From contig NC_045696.1 in the NCBI RefSeq assembly GCF_009834535.1, positions 74,030,001 to 74,094,000 on the forward strand: a DNA stretch of 64,000 bases. The letters are read 5' to 3'. The first letter of the stretch is position 1; every line of letters starts with the position of its first letter. Made by a program: the position numbers and the translations under genes. The notes under the pieces are model-generated. The model was not told the DNA's origin and did not search any database. It saw only the letters and a program-made list of their open reading frames with translations. Shown piece by piece: positions 51,756 to 64,000 of the stretch. This stretch comes from Camelus ferus. Its lineage: Eukaryota.

Positions 51756-54700
51756 ACGTCATCAACTGTCCTCATTCCTCAGATCAGTGTGTGTGCTCCC
51801 TGTTCTCCCTGCCTGTTGCTCCAGATGCTGTAAAGCTATTCTGGTCTCCAGAGTAGAGCAGTGAAAGAAGGAGGGACGGGCGTGGTCCTCAGGATGTACC
51901 TTGAGTCGGGGTCTGGCCTTTGAGTGCCTTCTGCAGTGGGGACTTACCGTTGTAACCCTGTTTGGTGTATAGTACTTTGTGTATCATAGGTACTCAAAAA
52001 TAATTGTTGGCTGAGTGAGTAAATAGGAAAAAATCCTTCCCTGGCTTCATCCTACCCACAAAGTCAAAAGTCCCCTTTTACACGTCCTTGTAGAAAAATC
52101 TAATCTCCTGAAATCTAGTGCTAGTATTCCCCCCCCCCCCCCAGTTATATTTCCTTGAAAATTGACTCTACTTCCTGCGATGGAGTCAACTTGGGGGTTA
52201 GAAATAGCGTAGGCTTCAGAGCCAGGGAGACTCAGATTCAGATCTTCACTTGGTAATGGTGTGAACTTGAATATGTAACATTCTAAGCCTCCATTTCCTT
52301 ACTTCTACCCTCTCAATGAGAAACAGGTTGCAGTGAGGAAACAGACAATGCCTGTAAAATGCTTAAGCTCAAATTTGGCTGTAGCCCAGCCAGAGGCACA
52401 CAGGAGTACATGCGTAGGAGCTCTGAGAGCAAGTCCCAGGAAGAGCTAGGAATTACATTAGATCACTGTGGCTCCTCCCCTTCACTCCCCTGCTCCAATC
52501 TCATGGGAGGGAAGTCATCAGTTGTCCTCATGTCTCAGATCAGTGCATGTGCTCCCCACTTAGGCTCTCGTCTGAAGCCAATGCATGACCTAAGTTAGAA
52601 TCAGCCAGTGTTGATCCCATTTATCTGGTACCTCTCAGTCCAAGAAAACAAAGTTGTACAAGAATATTAATTTTATTTTTCTATAAGATTTCAAATTTCT
52701 AATTTGAGAATCAATTTAATGGAAAGGTAGAACCATAATTTCAGTCACTGTGGCATTCCTTCTCAGTAACTGCCTTTATCTGGCACTGAATATAAATTCT
52801 GGGACACTTTCATAGGGCCCAGTCATTGGGAAACCACATCTGGCCCTTTATAGTGTCAGGTGCCCACATCAACATTTGATAGAACGATCTCGTTCCTCTT
52901 TGGTCCTGCTGGTAACTTCTGGGTCCCTTCTTACCCTTTACCAAGCTGCTGGCTCCCTGAGCGATTTCTGTACTGCTCTCGGGAACACAGGAAACATTCT
53001 ACACTCCTGAGCCCTGTAGTGTCATGGGGACATCTAAGACACCATCTGAAGACTGCCCACCTCCCTCATACAGCCATCTCTTCTGCACGTCCACCACAGG
53101 ACACGTGGGAACCTTAGAGTTTTGCTGCTTCCTTAGGCCTCACCCAGGAACTGGAGCAAAGACTCACCCAAACACACCTGGGCCTCTGTGTTAGGCAGGG
53201 TCTCTCCCCTCTGATCTCTTCCATCCTATGAATCCTTATTTTTATTATTTATTTATTATTATTATTTATTTTCTAGCTAATTTTTAAATCTTTTAGCTTT
53301 ACTGGGATTCCTATGGATTGTTTCATCATACTTCTTTCCTTTTGTCCTCTGATTCCAAGTTTTTGAAATTCAAAAGCCAAAAATAAATATTCTTTTTCTT
53401 CTTCTTGAGACAATGAGTGCTGTTGCTACTGAACTGGGGTCGGGGGTGGGAAGTCAAGGGATAGGAGTAATACAGAAGGGAACTGTTAGTTAATTTAAAG
53501 TCTTAGCCACTTCAGTTTTTATATTTCCTTTGGTTAAAAATTCCACTTAATTTTTCCATATTTCACCTTCTTTTGCCCTTGGTACTATACCTTGTCTAAA
53601 GCAATTTTCTCTGCATTGCCAAGCACATCCTTTTGAAGCTGACCATGTTAAAGTAAGAAATATGGATCTCATCTACTGGGCTATTCAGCATATTCATGAA
53701 AATCATTCATGAAAAATTTAATTTGGAATTAAATCAATCAGTCACTTAAAACTAATGTACTTATATATGCCTCTATGGACAGTGTTTTGAAAGACTGTAA
53801 AAGGCGGATAGTGAAACTCTCTCTGTAATCATTAGATTTGGGACATTATTAGGACAAGAACTTAGGTGTCTTCTTTTAGTCCAGTTGGTAAATTATGGTA
53901 TTATATGTCTTTATTTAAAATATAAGTTAAATTAGGGAAACTAGATAAATGCCAGTGCTTTTTTCCTTTTTTCTTTTTTACAGTTTCATGTGTTTTTGTG
54001 TCTCATCATTAAACATAGAATTTATTAGCAACTTGTTTTTTTCTGGTTCATTAGTTTTGTTTATAAACATTTCTATAAATATATCTTACAGAAATAGTTG
54101 ACAATTTAGTTTGTTGGGAAAAGGTCAGAGTAGTAATATATTTTAAAATCTGGTTTCCCAAAGGAATAAGTTAAGTAAAATGGGAAATAAGAGCTTGGGA
54201 AAGGGACTAAGTGAGGCTTTCACTCTTTTTATTAGACTATCACGATCAGATGATTCCTTTATCAGAGTAGAATGTCTATATCTGAAATAAACCTGAGCCT
54301 CCATCAGAATATAAATGGAATATACAATCAGTTGGAATGTAAATCTTAAACACTGATTTGTGGGGACAGTCAGTCAAAAGTTCTTTTGATTTGAAGTCCA
54401 AACTGATTCATAAAATTACCTATGATTTGTGATCAGTCATGCCAGAAAGCAGTAATATTGTTGAACTTGAATTTGATATTTTTGGCCTTTGATCATAGAG
54501 TAAATTAAAAATTTTTTCTAATACATAATTTATACCAAAGAATTACTACACACAGGGATTTCTACTTTACCCAGCAGCTCTAACTCTGCATAAAGAACCT
54601 CAGCAAAGCAGATTATAGAACTCTTTCATCAGATGAATAAGCTTATGAAATAGACCATTTGTTCATAGAGATGTACATAACTTCATCTTTTATGCACAAC

Positions 54701-55883
54701 TTATAAAGCCTTTATTTTGATGTAAGACTGATGTAATAGGACACATAAACCTTCCTGTAGCTAACCCCTCCCCAACACTAAGACAATCTGTTAGGAGCTG
54801 AGTCAGAAAATACTGGAAATGGAAAACACCTTAGACATCACTTAGTCTAACTCCCTTGTTTTTTCAGCCCAGAAATTAAAGTTTTAAACAGCTTTGCCCC
54901 AGAACACACGTTGATTAAACCTGGCCAAGCCAGACCTGGGGTCCTGGGCTTCCTGATTCTTACCCTCTGACAACCGTTGCAGAATTCACATTTCCTCCTT
55001 TTTTTGCAGGATGGAGATAGATCTGTAGCTTAACCATCTCATTTATGAAAAGTAAAGAATGAAGGACTATGAAATAGTTTTACCTTTTAATTTTACTTAA
55101 AAGTTTTTTTATGGTTAGGATTACAAAAAAAAAAAAAAGTTTCTTTAACATTCCAAACTCTTCTAATTATAGAGCAAAAGTCCAGCTCACCATGCATTGC
55201 CCACTTTCTCCTTATTTCATTTGTACATTCATTCTATATTAATAGAATTGCATTCCAGTTATTCACTTAAATATTTTTTGCATTAGCAATGAAGTATTTG
55301 AGATCAGCTGTCATGTTTTATCAGCTATTATATTCCTAAATTCCTAGCATAATTCATGGCACAATACATTTTTGGTGAACAAATGCCAGATTATCAATTT
55401 CTTAGAGGAAGTAGCTTTGTTCTATATTTTCATCCTTTGTGTATATTAGGCTTTCAATGTATGTTTTTAATAAATAGTAGAATGAATGAATGAACAAAAG
55501 TTCAGAGGGTCCTTTTGTAGATTTTCTTAACTAGAAACAGTGGTGATTTTTTAAAGTAGTAAGCTGTGCAGTTCTTAGTACTACTGAAATTGGGCTTTTT
55601 TGTTGTATCAGATAGCTTACCCTGACTGATGACATTGCTCTACCTGCAGTGCTCAATCTACCCCTGGCATATAGCAAGCTTCTAGTAATTTATAAGGATA
55701 GGGGAAATCAAAGGAATAGCAGGTTTGTGTTGAAAGATGATTAGTTTTGGTTTGTATATAAAGCATCTGCATGGGAGAGAAGTGACCACATCCAAACCTC
55801 CTCCTCACTTCAGAAGGCTTGGAAGAATTTGGGGGGGGGGGGGCTAAGGATTTAGAGGTTGCAGTGTTAAATTTGTGTAAAAA

Positions 55884-55904
55884 GTGACTCAGCAGAATGA
55901 GTCA
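55884..55904. promoter_or_regulatory. Candidate ARE/NF-E2 (NRF2-sMAF) site plus adjacent AP-1 site
   Basis: GTGACTCAGCA at 55884-55894 and TGAGTCA at 55898-55904; motif match only. Confidence 0.45.
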
Positions 55905-56188
55905 GTGGGGATTTGTAGAAGGAGAGGTGATCAGAAAGAGAAATTTTGATGTAGGGATTATTAATTTGTAGAAACTCTGAGTGATAATGGATTCACAGTG
56001 GTAAATAGGGAAGTTGGAGTTGAGAAGGTGTAGGTGCTTAAAGGACCATTGAGTTTTAAAGTCAGCAGAATGAATTTATTATGGGACAAAGGTGGGATGA
56101 TGTACTGTTTGTTGAAATAATCCAGGATGATAATAGACATTTATGTGGCTGAGAGAATGATACATTTTTTTAAACACTGTCTTCTCAG

Positions 56189-56247
56189 GGATCATCTTTC
56201 ATTTGTACTTTCGCCTGTCACTGATCTATCAGTCGAGCTTTCTTTAG
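56189..56247 (+). other. Candidate 59-nt exon
   Basis: cttctcag acceptor, TAG|GTAAGT donor, two CpGs, one frame reading through (DHLSFVLSPVTDLSVELSL); no protein recognised. Confidence 0.25.
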
Positions 56248-58548
56248 GTAAGTTCAGAGAGATCTTTCTTGGGGGTGTTGAGGAGGTGATATCTACCTAA
56301 GTTTCACCTTTAAAAATCTGAGCTTACTACTATAACATTTATTATTACTAATGCTTCTATGGCTAGCTACAATTTTTTTCTGAATAGGAAAATTACAGTG
56401 AAGCAGTAGGAACACATCAAAACTTTAGGAACTTTAGAGAAAGAGGCTCAAGCTAATTCTGAATAACAATACCTTTCATTTTTATAATGTCTGTAGTATA
56501 AGATCAACCATTATTCACATTATTCTTTACAAAGCCCAGTATTCAATTTCTTTTTTTGGTGCCAAAACCCAGGAACCCAGTATCCAGTATCCAATTTGTA
56601 TTTTGAACTATTCCTCTTTAGACTGGCTTTGTAAGTTTCCAGGTATTTGACTTTTAATAGGGGATTTGCGTGCATGTGTGTGTGTGTGTGTTTTCAGGAA
56701 CATAGAACTCCTCTATAATTTGGTATAATCTGCTCCAGAAAGTTGTTTAAGAGACTTTCAACTTTCTCCCCCAACTTGTCTTTGCTTCTCTCTTGTTCCT
56801 ACTTTTGGAAGAAGGCAGAAAAGAGTTAGTGCTGATCAGGGTGGTGATATTGGACAGAAAAGAATAATTTTATTTATCTCTCTCATCTCCATATTAAAAT
56901 GTCTGAAAAATAGTATCAAGGTTGGGAATCTCGAAGATCTAAGAGTAAGATTAATTTACTTCCTTCTCGTCTTTCAGGGTTTAGCTTAGATGTTTTCTCC
57001 TCTGGGAAACAGTAGGTAAATTCCCAAGGCTGAGTTGAGTGCCATCTCCAGGGATACTCACAGCATTCTGTGCTTCTCTCTTCACATGTGATCCCAAAGG
57101 ATGAGCTCATTCCAGAGGCAGAGCCTGTAACTGCTTCATTATTGGATCCTTACAGCACAACCCAGGAAACTGATAAAATATTCAATAAGTATCTTTTAAC
57201 AAAAGGGTAAATAAGATTCTCATTTTGGATAACAGAATCATTATTGGAGGCAGTGATTATTTCATGTCTCCAAGGTTATTTCAAGGCCTGCTAATCGAGG
57301 TTTAAATACATTTTAAAAAGGAGAAGCAGGGGAAAAGCAGACTACACTGGGTTGAGCTTTAATTTCAAGTCAAATGTTTTTTCCTTGGTTTTTCTTAGTT
57401 ATTCTCAAACTACTCAGTATGAGTTTATTGGAATGGGCTCCCTTCTAATTTGTAACCCACATTGAATAGACATTTGGCACAGCTTCATAGTAATCCATTT
57501 TATCTTCTAAATTTGCAGATTTTTATCTTCCTTGTCTCTTCTTAGATTTCAATTTAGTGCCATGGGCTTTCAATCGTTATAAAAGTTTCAGTTTTAAGGT
57601 GGAAGTTTGAGTTGATTGGTTGATTGGTTGATTGCCATCCTAAGATAAAGCTAAGTTATTTGATATTTTAGCTGTTAAGTTAACCCATATATAGTAGTCA
57701 TGAGAGAATTACACTCAGTCTTAAATAAGAGCTTAGTTAAGCTGCAGCCCTAAGCCTTTTTTATTTTCCCTGTTAGGAAGCTGTGTGAGGCAGGGTGACA
57801 GGGCCCTGCCTAGAGGGATCTCTGGCAGAAATCTGGCTGTGGCAGTGAATTTGGAGAGATGAAGTGAAGGGTGAAGGGGAAAGGAGAAAAGAGGTGGGGC
57901 TAAAATAATGGGGACTAGGACCAGGTGGAGTAAGGAGAGGGCAGTATGAATAAAAGGAATGACCAAAAAATTAACAGCTGCTACTATGCTTTTACAGATA
58001 AGACAGACATACAAAGGAACAAAAAAAAAAAAAAAACAACCAAAAAAAAAAAACCAAAAAAAAGAAAAACCCACATTTGCATCTACCACCTAAACCCAGA
58101 GTATTTGCAGAGAGATAGAAAGGTGTATTTAACTGTTATTTCAATAATGACCAAGAAAGAATCAATGAATCTGGCATGAACAATATGATAGATCAAGAAA
58201 CTCAGACAATCACAAATGTAATTTGATTTCATGGGGGACAGCACAGTACCTGACATGTCAGCTGTTCTGAAAGTATTGGTTGATTGTTCTTGAATTCTGA
58301 ATAGGACACACTTAAAGAATAAGAGGAGGAGGACAAATTACAGGATCAGGACCAGAACCTGAATAGAGAAATGACCATAATTGCCTATTATTTGGTACTA
58401 AATCAAAACCCCAGAGATGAATGAAGTATCCTTATCAGTGAGTTAAGAATCAAACTCATTTAAATAATTACAAAAATTTAATTTATAATTATATTTAGAC
58501 TGTTATATTTTATTTTTCCTCAACTAACTCCTTTTGCTATTCTTATAG

Positions 58549-58557
58549 AGTCCCTAG
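58549..58557 (+). other. Candidate 9-nt microexon (alternative donor would extend it to 58574)
   Basis: Branch point ACTAAC 58523-58528, pyrimidine tract with TGC, tag|AGTCCCTAG|gtaaac. Confidence 0.2.
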
Positions 58558-60857
58558 GTAAACAACTTCTTCAGGTATTGTTAAAACAGAGAAAGATGAT
58601 GTTCATTCACATGAATAGACAATATTAATGATCTATTGGTGCCTTCTCAAGGAATGGCTCTGCCTAGTAAACCTATCTGAAAGTCCAGTCTCTAATAATG
58701 CTTATTATATTCTTAGCACTCAGTAAATATTTAGTGACTGAACTGTTTGGTAGATGATTAAGTGATCTCTTAAATGAGTGTCACTTATACACATATACCC
58801 ACCGATGATGGAATTACATATGCTTCCTTAGTGGTTCTGTAATTGAACTTTCCTGCTTTACAAGAGAAAATATTTTTTCTTCAAAATGCAGTGTTATGAG
58901 CTACATCCTATTTATTGGCTTTGTTTTTATAGCTATAGCTATAGAGGCACAGATAAGTCAATCATTTCATCTGTCACAAGGATTTAATATTTTTAACACT
59001 TGCCCAGCTGTCAAGCAGTATTTTCAACTAAAAGTTATCAAATAAACACAGCCACTGCCAATTCAGTAGCATTGCACCAAATAATTATTTCTCTCTGAAA
59101 TTTCTGAATCAGTGCTTTTTCCAATATGTAACCTCTTAGGATTTGCCTGTCTATGTTGTTTAAACTTACTACAAATAACATGCAAAATGTTATAAAACCA
59201 AGGCAAATCATAGAACAAGTGAAAGCATTCACAACTTTAGTAAGCTATACATAAATCAGATGACCTTGTTCTCCTATGATGGTTCCATTTCTGGTTTTTC
59301 TCTTTAAACTGAATTCCACAAAGAATTCTAATTTAAGCAGAAGTCTTTGCACTCACTGACAGTTTGTGTGCTATTCAGGAAATCTAGTTGGCTTTAAATC
59401 ACTTTATCTGCAAATCACTTTTCCATTTCTGGTTCCTTCTAGCAATTAATGGATTACTATTTAATAATGGCTCTAGTCCATTTATGAAAAATTTTGCTTT
59501 TGTCTGAAAACTTGAATTGATGAATCTCTAACACTAAACCTTTTTTTGTCAGTGGATTTTTTTTTCTAATGAACTGCACTGAAATTGGAAAAAGTAAATT
59601 GCAAGAAAATTTTTACAGGATAGTTTTATTGTAAAGCATAGAGACAATGGAATAAAAGTACCTAAAATGAAGTGGAGAAGTGAATAAGAACAAATGGATT
59701 TAGTGAAAACAATATATATTTTTAAAACCAGTAATATATTCAGATGAAGAGTGTTTCTCTGTAAATTTCTAACTCTTTGCTTCTTTCAGATTCATCACTG
59801 TGCACACCCCCAAACTCTGAGCAGTTAATTTCAGTGCCTTACTCTTGAGGCAGATAGGCAAATACTAGTATTCTACGGGTCGATTAGGTGTACCATACTT
59901 GACATGCCCCATAATTTTATAGTTGGGAAAGCTAATAATTAGTCTGTAAACTCTCAGGGATGGAGAAATTAAGGAATTAGTCCAAAATCATAATGACTGT
60001 CAGAGTAATTGTTATCTTTGTTTTCACAGGTTCTTGGCTCCTATACACAAAGCTTATCTCCTCATTTTTTCCCTTGGTCTTGAATTCCCCTGCCCCTAAA
60101 CCTTTTCCTGCCATTCTCCATGCTATCTAATTTTCCTCCAACAATTTCCCATGTTAATTTGTTGACATAAATACCTCTTACTATAAAAATTCAATATATA
60201 CCTTGAGAAAAACTGTTCTGATTAAATAAAATTAAAGAAACTTTAGGCATAGATTGTCTTTATTAATAGGATGGTGATCCCTTAATTTTCTCCCCTTCAC
60301 TGGCAAACCCATCTATCACTTCAGCCACCTTTGGAGCTGTTCATGCACAAAGGCTCAGTCCCTCCATCTCTGCTGCTGCCTAATTCTAAAGCGTCTTCTT
60401 CACTGGTTTCTTCACATTTGCTTACAGATATGCTTGAGTTTTTTCCATTCTAAACACAACAGAAAACTCCCTTACTTGTGTTTTCCTCTTCAACCACTTT
60501 CTGCTTTAGCAGTCTTCCCTTCACTACCAGGAATAGAAGTCTCTAAACTTATTGTCTCTTCTTTTCTCCCATTATTTTGCTCTTTAACTCACTGAGATCT
60601 GGTCCATATTCCTGTCACTTGATTGAAATTACTCTCATAGAAATCATCAAAGATGTAGTAGCTGTTTAATCTAGTAGTATCATTAAATTTCTCATCCTCA
60701 ATTACTTTCTGTAACATATAGCATTATCTATCACATCTTCCTTTATTAAAGCTTTCCTCTAGCTTCGTATGTGACTGTATTTTCTTTGATTCTCTCTTTT
60801 AAGAATGAATTTCCCCCCTCTCTTTCATTCATTGCTAATTTCTCCTCAACTATCACT

Positions 60858-61092
60858 TTATTTTTTAACACCTTTATTGTGTTAAAAGTATATGTATAAT
60901 TCCTATACAGTAAACTAAATATAATTTCAGATGTACAATTTGATGAATTTTGATAGATGTATACACCTATGAAACCACCACCACAATCAAGAAAGCTAAC
61001 ATTTCCATCACTCCCCAGGAGGTGCAAATTTCAAACTCCCGATTTATCCCTTCCCACCCACTTTACCCACTGGTAACCATTGTTTTCTGTCC
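60858..61092 (-). mobile_element. L1M 3' end fragment within an L2 remnant
   Basis: gtacaatttgatgaattttgatagatgtatacacctatgaaaccaccaccacaatcaag. Confidence 0.75.
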
Positions 61093-61354
61093 ACTATCAC
61101 TTTAAATGACTAGCATTTAACCTTGCATCAGCATGAAATACAGTTGCCCCCAAATATATCATTCCTGACCCAATTTTTCTCCTGCATTTCCTCTATATTT
61201 CCAACTGTTTATTACTCATTTCCTCTTCAATATCCTTTCCCAAACTCCATCATTAACATGTACAAGGCAGAGCTTATTATCTATCTTCTGAAATCTGCTT
61301 TTCTTCCTAGATTACTATCTCAGCTAGTTTCCATCAAGCTCAAATCCAAGAGAA

Positions 61355-61545
61355 TCAGTAGACTTGGAGTCAGAAGTCCTGGGGTCAAATCCTGGATCAG
61401 AATCAGATTAGTTTTATGATTTTATGTGAGTTTCTTTACCAGAGCCTTCATTTTCTCACATGCAAAATAGTAATGAAAGTACTTTAAAGAGTATAAAAAC
61501 AAATGAAGATTTAAAGTGAAAGCATCTTGCAAAATGTCTAATATA
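61355..61545 (+). mobile_element. MIR SINE
   Basis: gacttggagtcagaagtcctggggtcaaatcctgg...gagccttcattttctcacatgcaaaat. Confidence 0.75.
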
Positions 61546-62356
61546 CAGCTGTCACTTTCTACATTGCCTTCTGCTTGTAGAAGGAAAAGACTACCACACA
61601 GTAAGTAAAACAAGCAGGTTAATTTATTAGATAGAGACTTATTAGGCAGAGATCTAACTTGTTCTTTTTAAGAACTGGGTAAAGTGTTATAGTATGGATT
61701 ATATTACCATTTATTCAACCATTTCTCTGTTATTAGACAGCTAGCAAGGCAGTCCCTCTTAGCAAAGCAAACATTTGGACAAGCATGGGAGAAATTGACA
61801 GACTTTGGGGTGGCATGGATTTCAGAGTTTAGAAGACTTACAAGAGTAGGAGTGTGTTGAAGTTAGCTGTAGAAGCATGGGTTCTTGGGTCAGACTTATT
61901 GGATGACTTTCAGAAATTTATTCTCAGAGGGAAGTTGTCATCTTTTGACTAGTAGTTTTAACTCCTGTTTGGGTGGTTACTCACTGCCATGGCCTTAGAA
62001 TAACCAATCTTGTCCTAAGAGAGTAGGATCTTTGTTTTTGTTTTTTTATTTTATTTTTCTTTCCTTCCTGCCTCTTAACAACTTTCAATTGACCAACAGC
62101 CTTGCCCATTCAATTTCTGATATCTTTTAAAACTGCCCCCAACATCTGTCTCTGCTGCTGGTTCTCTAACTAGTGCTTTCATTACCTTTCAACTAAACTT
62201 TGGTAATGCCCTCTGGATATCCTAACCCAATCTCCCAGTCCCCAGGCTACAATTCTAATTCATTCTCTACGTTGATGCCAGAATTAGTCATCTAAAACAC
62301 AGGTCTGATAACATCATCATTTTAATGAAAAATCTTTGATGATTTCAGCAATTTTA

Positions 62357-62496
62357 CAGCGTTGTTTCTGAATATCAGCATCACTCGAGTATTATAATGC
62401 AGATTATTGGGTCACGTGGGGCTAGATTTCAGGAATCTGAGTTGTAATAAGCACTCCTGGGACATCACTATGTATGTTCAAGTTTGAGAACAACTC
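62357..62496. mobile_element. MER5B-like hAT MITE
   Basis: cagcgttgtttct...aatgcagattattggg...ggaatctg...aataagcactcc...aagtttgagaa. Confidence 0.55.
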
Positions 62497-64000
62497 GCCC
62501 ATAGGCTACAATTCATATTCCTTAGCACAAAAAACCCTAATGTACTTGCTTGGCAAATTCATATTTTGTCATTTTTTCATGTAGCCAGTGTTGTAGTCAC
62601 ACTGAGCTGCTCACCACTCCTCAGACATACACAGGAAATCCTCTTCTGTTTTCTCTGTATATTCTGGTCTTTCAGCCTAGAATATGAGTTAACCTTTTAA
62701 ACTCTCGTTAATCCTTTGAAGACCACCTTTTCCCTAAGATAATAAAACCTCATAGACGTTCCTGTGCGTTTTTGTATACTTTGTAATTGCAACAGGTAGA
62801 ATTAACTGCCTACTTTTCCTCTGGTAGAACTCTGATTTTTCTATACTCTTAAGTCTCCTAGATCTAGATCTGTCCTCCAAGCCTTTTACTTTTCCTTCAT
62901 GGTTTTCATCTCTTTGTGTTTTTTGCTCTGCTTGTGAAACATTTAGTCTAGCTGATCAATTACCATCTTCTAAAAAAATTTCTATTGACATTTTAAATTA
63001 AAAAATCATGTTAATGGGGGCACAATTAATAAGTTATAGGATTGTAATATGGATTAAATGTGATAATATATAAAAATAATTTAGCACGTAAGTAGCTATT
63101 GGTGATATGTGGTAGTTTTTAGTATTATGGTTTGTATACAGTAACTCTTCTTTGTGTTGTAAAAGCATGTTCTTTACATTTCCTTTCCCTTACAAACACA
63201 GGACAATGTCCAGCTCATGGATATGCTAACTGTATAATGCTTCAATTAATGAGCAAAGAAAGAAATAATGTTTCTGATTGAGATTGCTTCTGCCATTAGA
63301 CAAAGCTGTATGTACACTTGGAAAAATTTTAAACTGAAATAAACTTTCTTCCTATTCTATTTTCTCTTTCTCTTGAATCTCAAATTGTTTCTATTTTAAT
63401 CTCAGTTACTTCGACAACATGGATGACTAATTGGAAAAAGGCTGAATTTTAGAGACATACTATGGCTCGCTAGATACAGAACAGAAAAAATGTGCCATAT
63501 ATGATCCAAATAATAAAAAAGCCGTGGCTTTGGACATTGGTACCCTGCTCCTTTATTTCAGTGTATACTAAGTCAACTACATGTTACTGGCATAGTTTAC
63601 TATTATTGTCAAGTGTAAATATTGCCTTAACTCCAAGAAATTTGTTTCTTTGTGAAATACATAGGAAAACTTTTAAAATAACAGAATGATTCATTCTTCC
63701 TAGTTGAAAACATTTATTCAGTGACAAGGGCAGCATAAATTCAGACAAGTTTCTGAATCATACAGAATCAGTCAGAAAACATGGTAAATCTAACATTCTT
63801 TTCATGCAATAGGAAGCTGGAAGCATGGGTTCTATATTTTGAGGGGGGCTGCCTTGGGGGTCACAGATCATAGATCGGTCAAAACATTTATCTGTCTCTT
63901 GACTTAATCATCTATGTAATTGCTGAAAGAAATTTTTACAATTTCTTTTTTAATGTCTTTTCACTTTGAGAGTCTTCTATTTTTGTGGCCTTTAAAATGA

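Noticed and set aside
52129..52142. Poly-C run (and poly-G at 55831-55843 and 7453-7462) as functional G-quadruplexes
   Set aside because: Simple homopolymers with no further evidence; lengths are also unreliable in assemblies
57733..58179. 118-aa hydrophobic and 77-aa Lys-rich ORFs
   Set aside because: Produced by the A-rich tract at 58017-58069 and purine-rich flanking sequence
755..63689. ORF-track entries as host protein-coding genes
   Set aside because: All are short (156 aa or less) and low-complexity or repeat-derived; the recognisable ones are broken L1 ORF2 or Tigger fragments, or their antisense frames
1..64000. CRISPR arrays, operons or prokaryotic/viral defence systems
   Set aside because: The sequence is mammalian; no regularly spaced repeat-spacer array or dense coding region is present

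Overview
AT-rich, CpG-depleted mammalian genomic DNA, most likely intronic or intergenic and probably camelid: it has two vic-1-like tRNA-derived SINEs and cetartiodactyl-type L1 ends, and I saw no BovB, Bov-A, PRE-1 or Alu copies. I cannot identify any protein-coding gene. Most ORF-track entries are chance ORFs; the rest are decayed L1 ORF2 or Tigger transposase fragments. A large share of the window is transposable-element debris (L1, L2, CR1/L3, MIR, MaLR/ERV LTRs, hAT and Tigger DNA transposons). Family names come from recalled consensus sequences, not from a database search, and boundaries of old repeats are approximate. Best observations: (1) a ~605 bp, ~98% identical tract shared by two L1 copies 4.6 kb apart, including shared lesions and a shared endpoint (gene conversion-like); (2) an L1 with a probable ~230 bp 3' transduction nested in a hAT element; (3) a twin-primed 5'-inverted L1 with a 13 bp TSD; (4) an NRF2/NF-E2 ARE paired with an AP-1 site; (5) phase-compatible candidate small exons at 56-60 kb, including a possible 9-nt microexon. 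I found no convincing new biological system.
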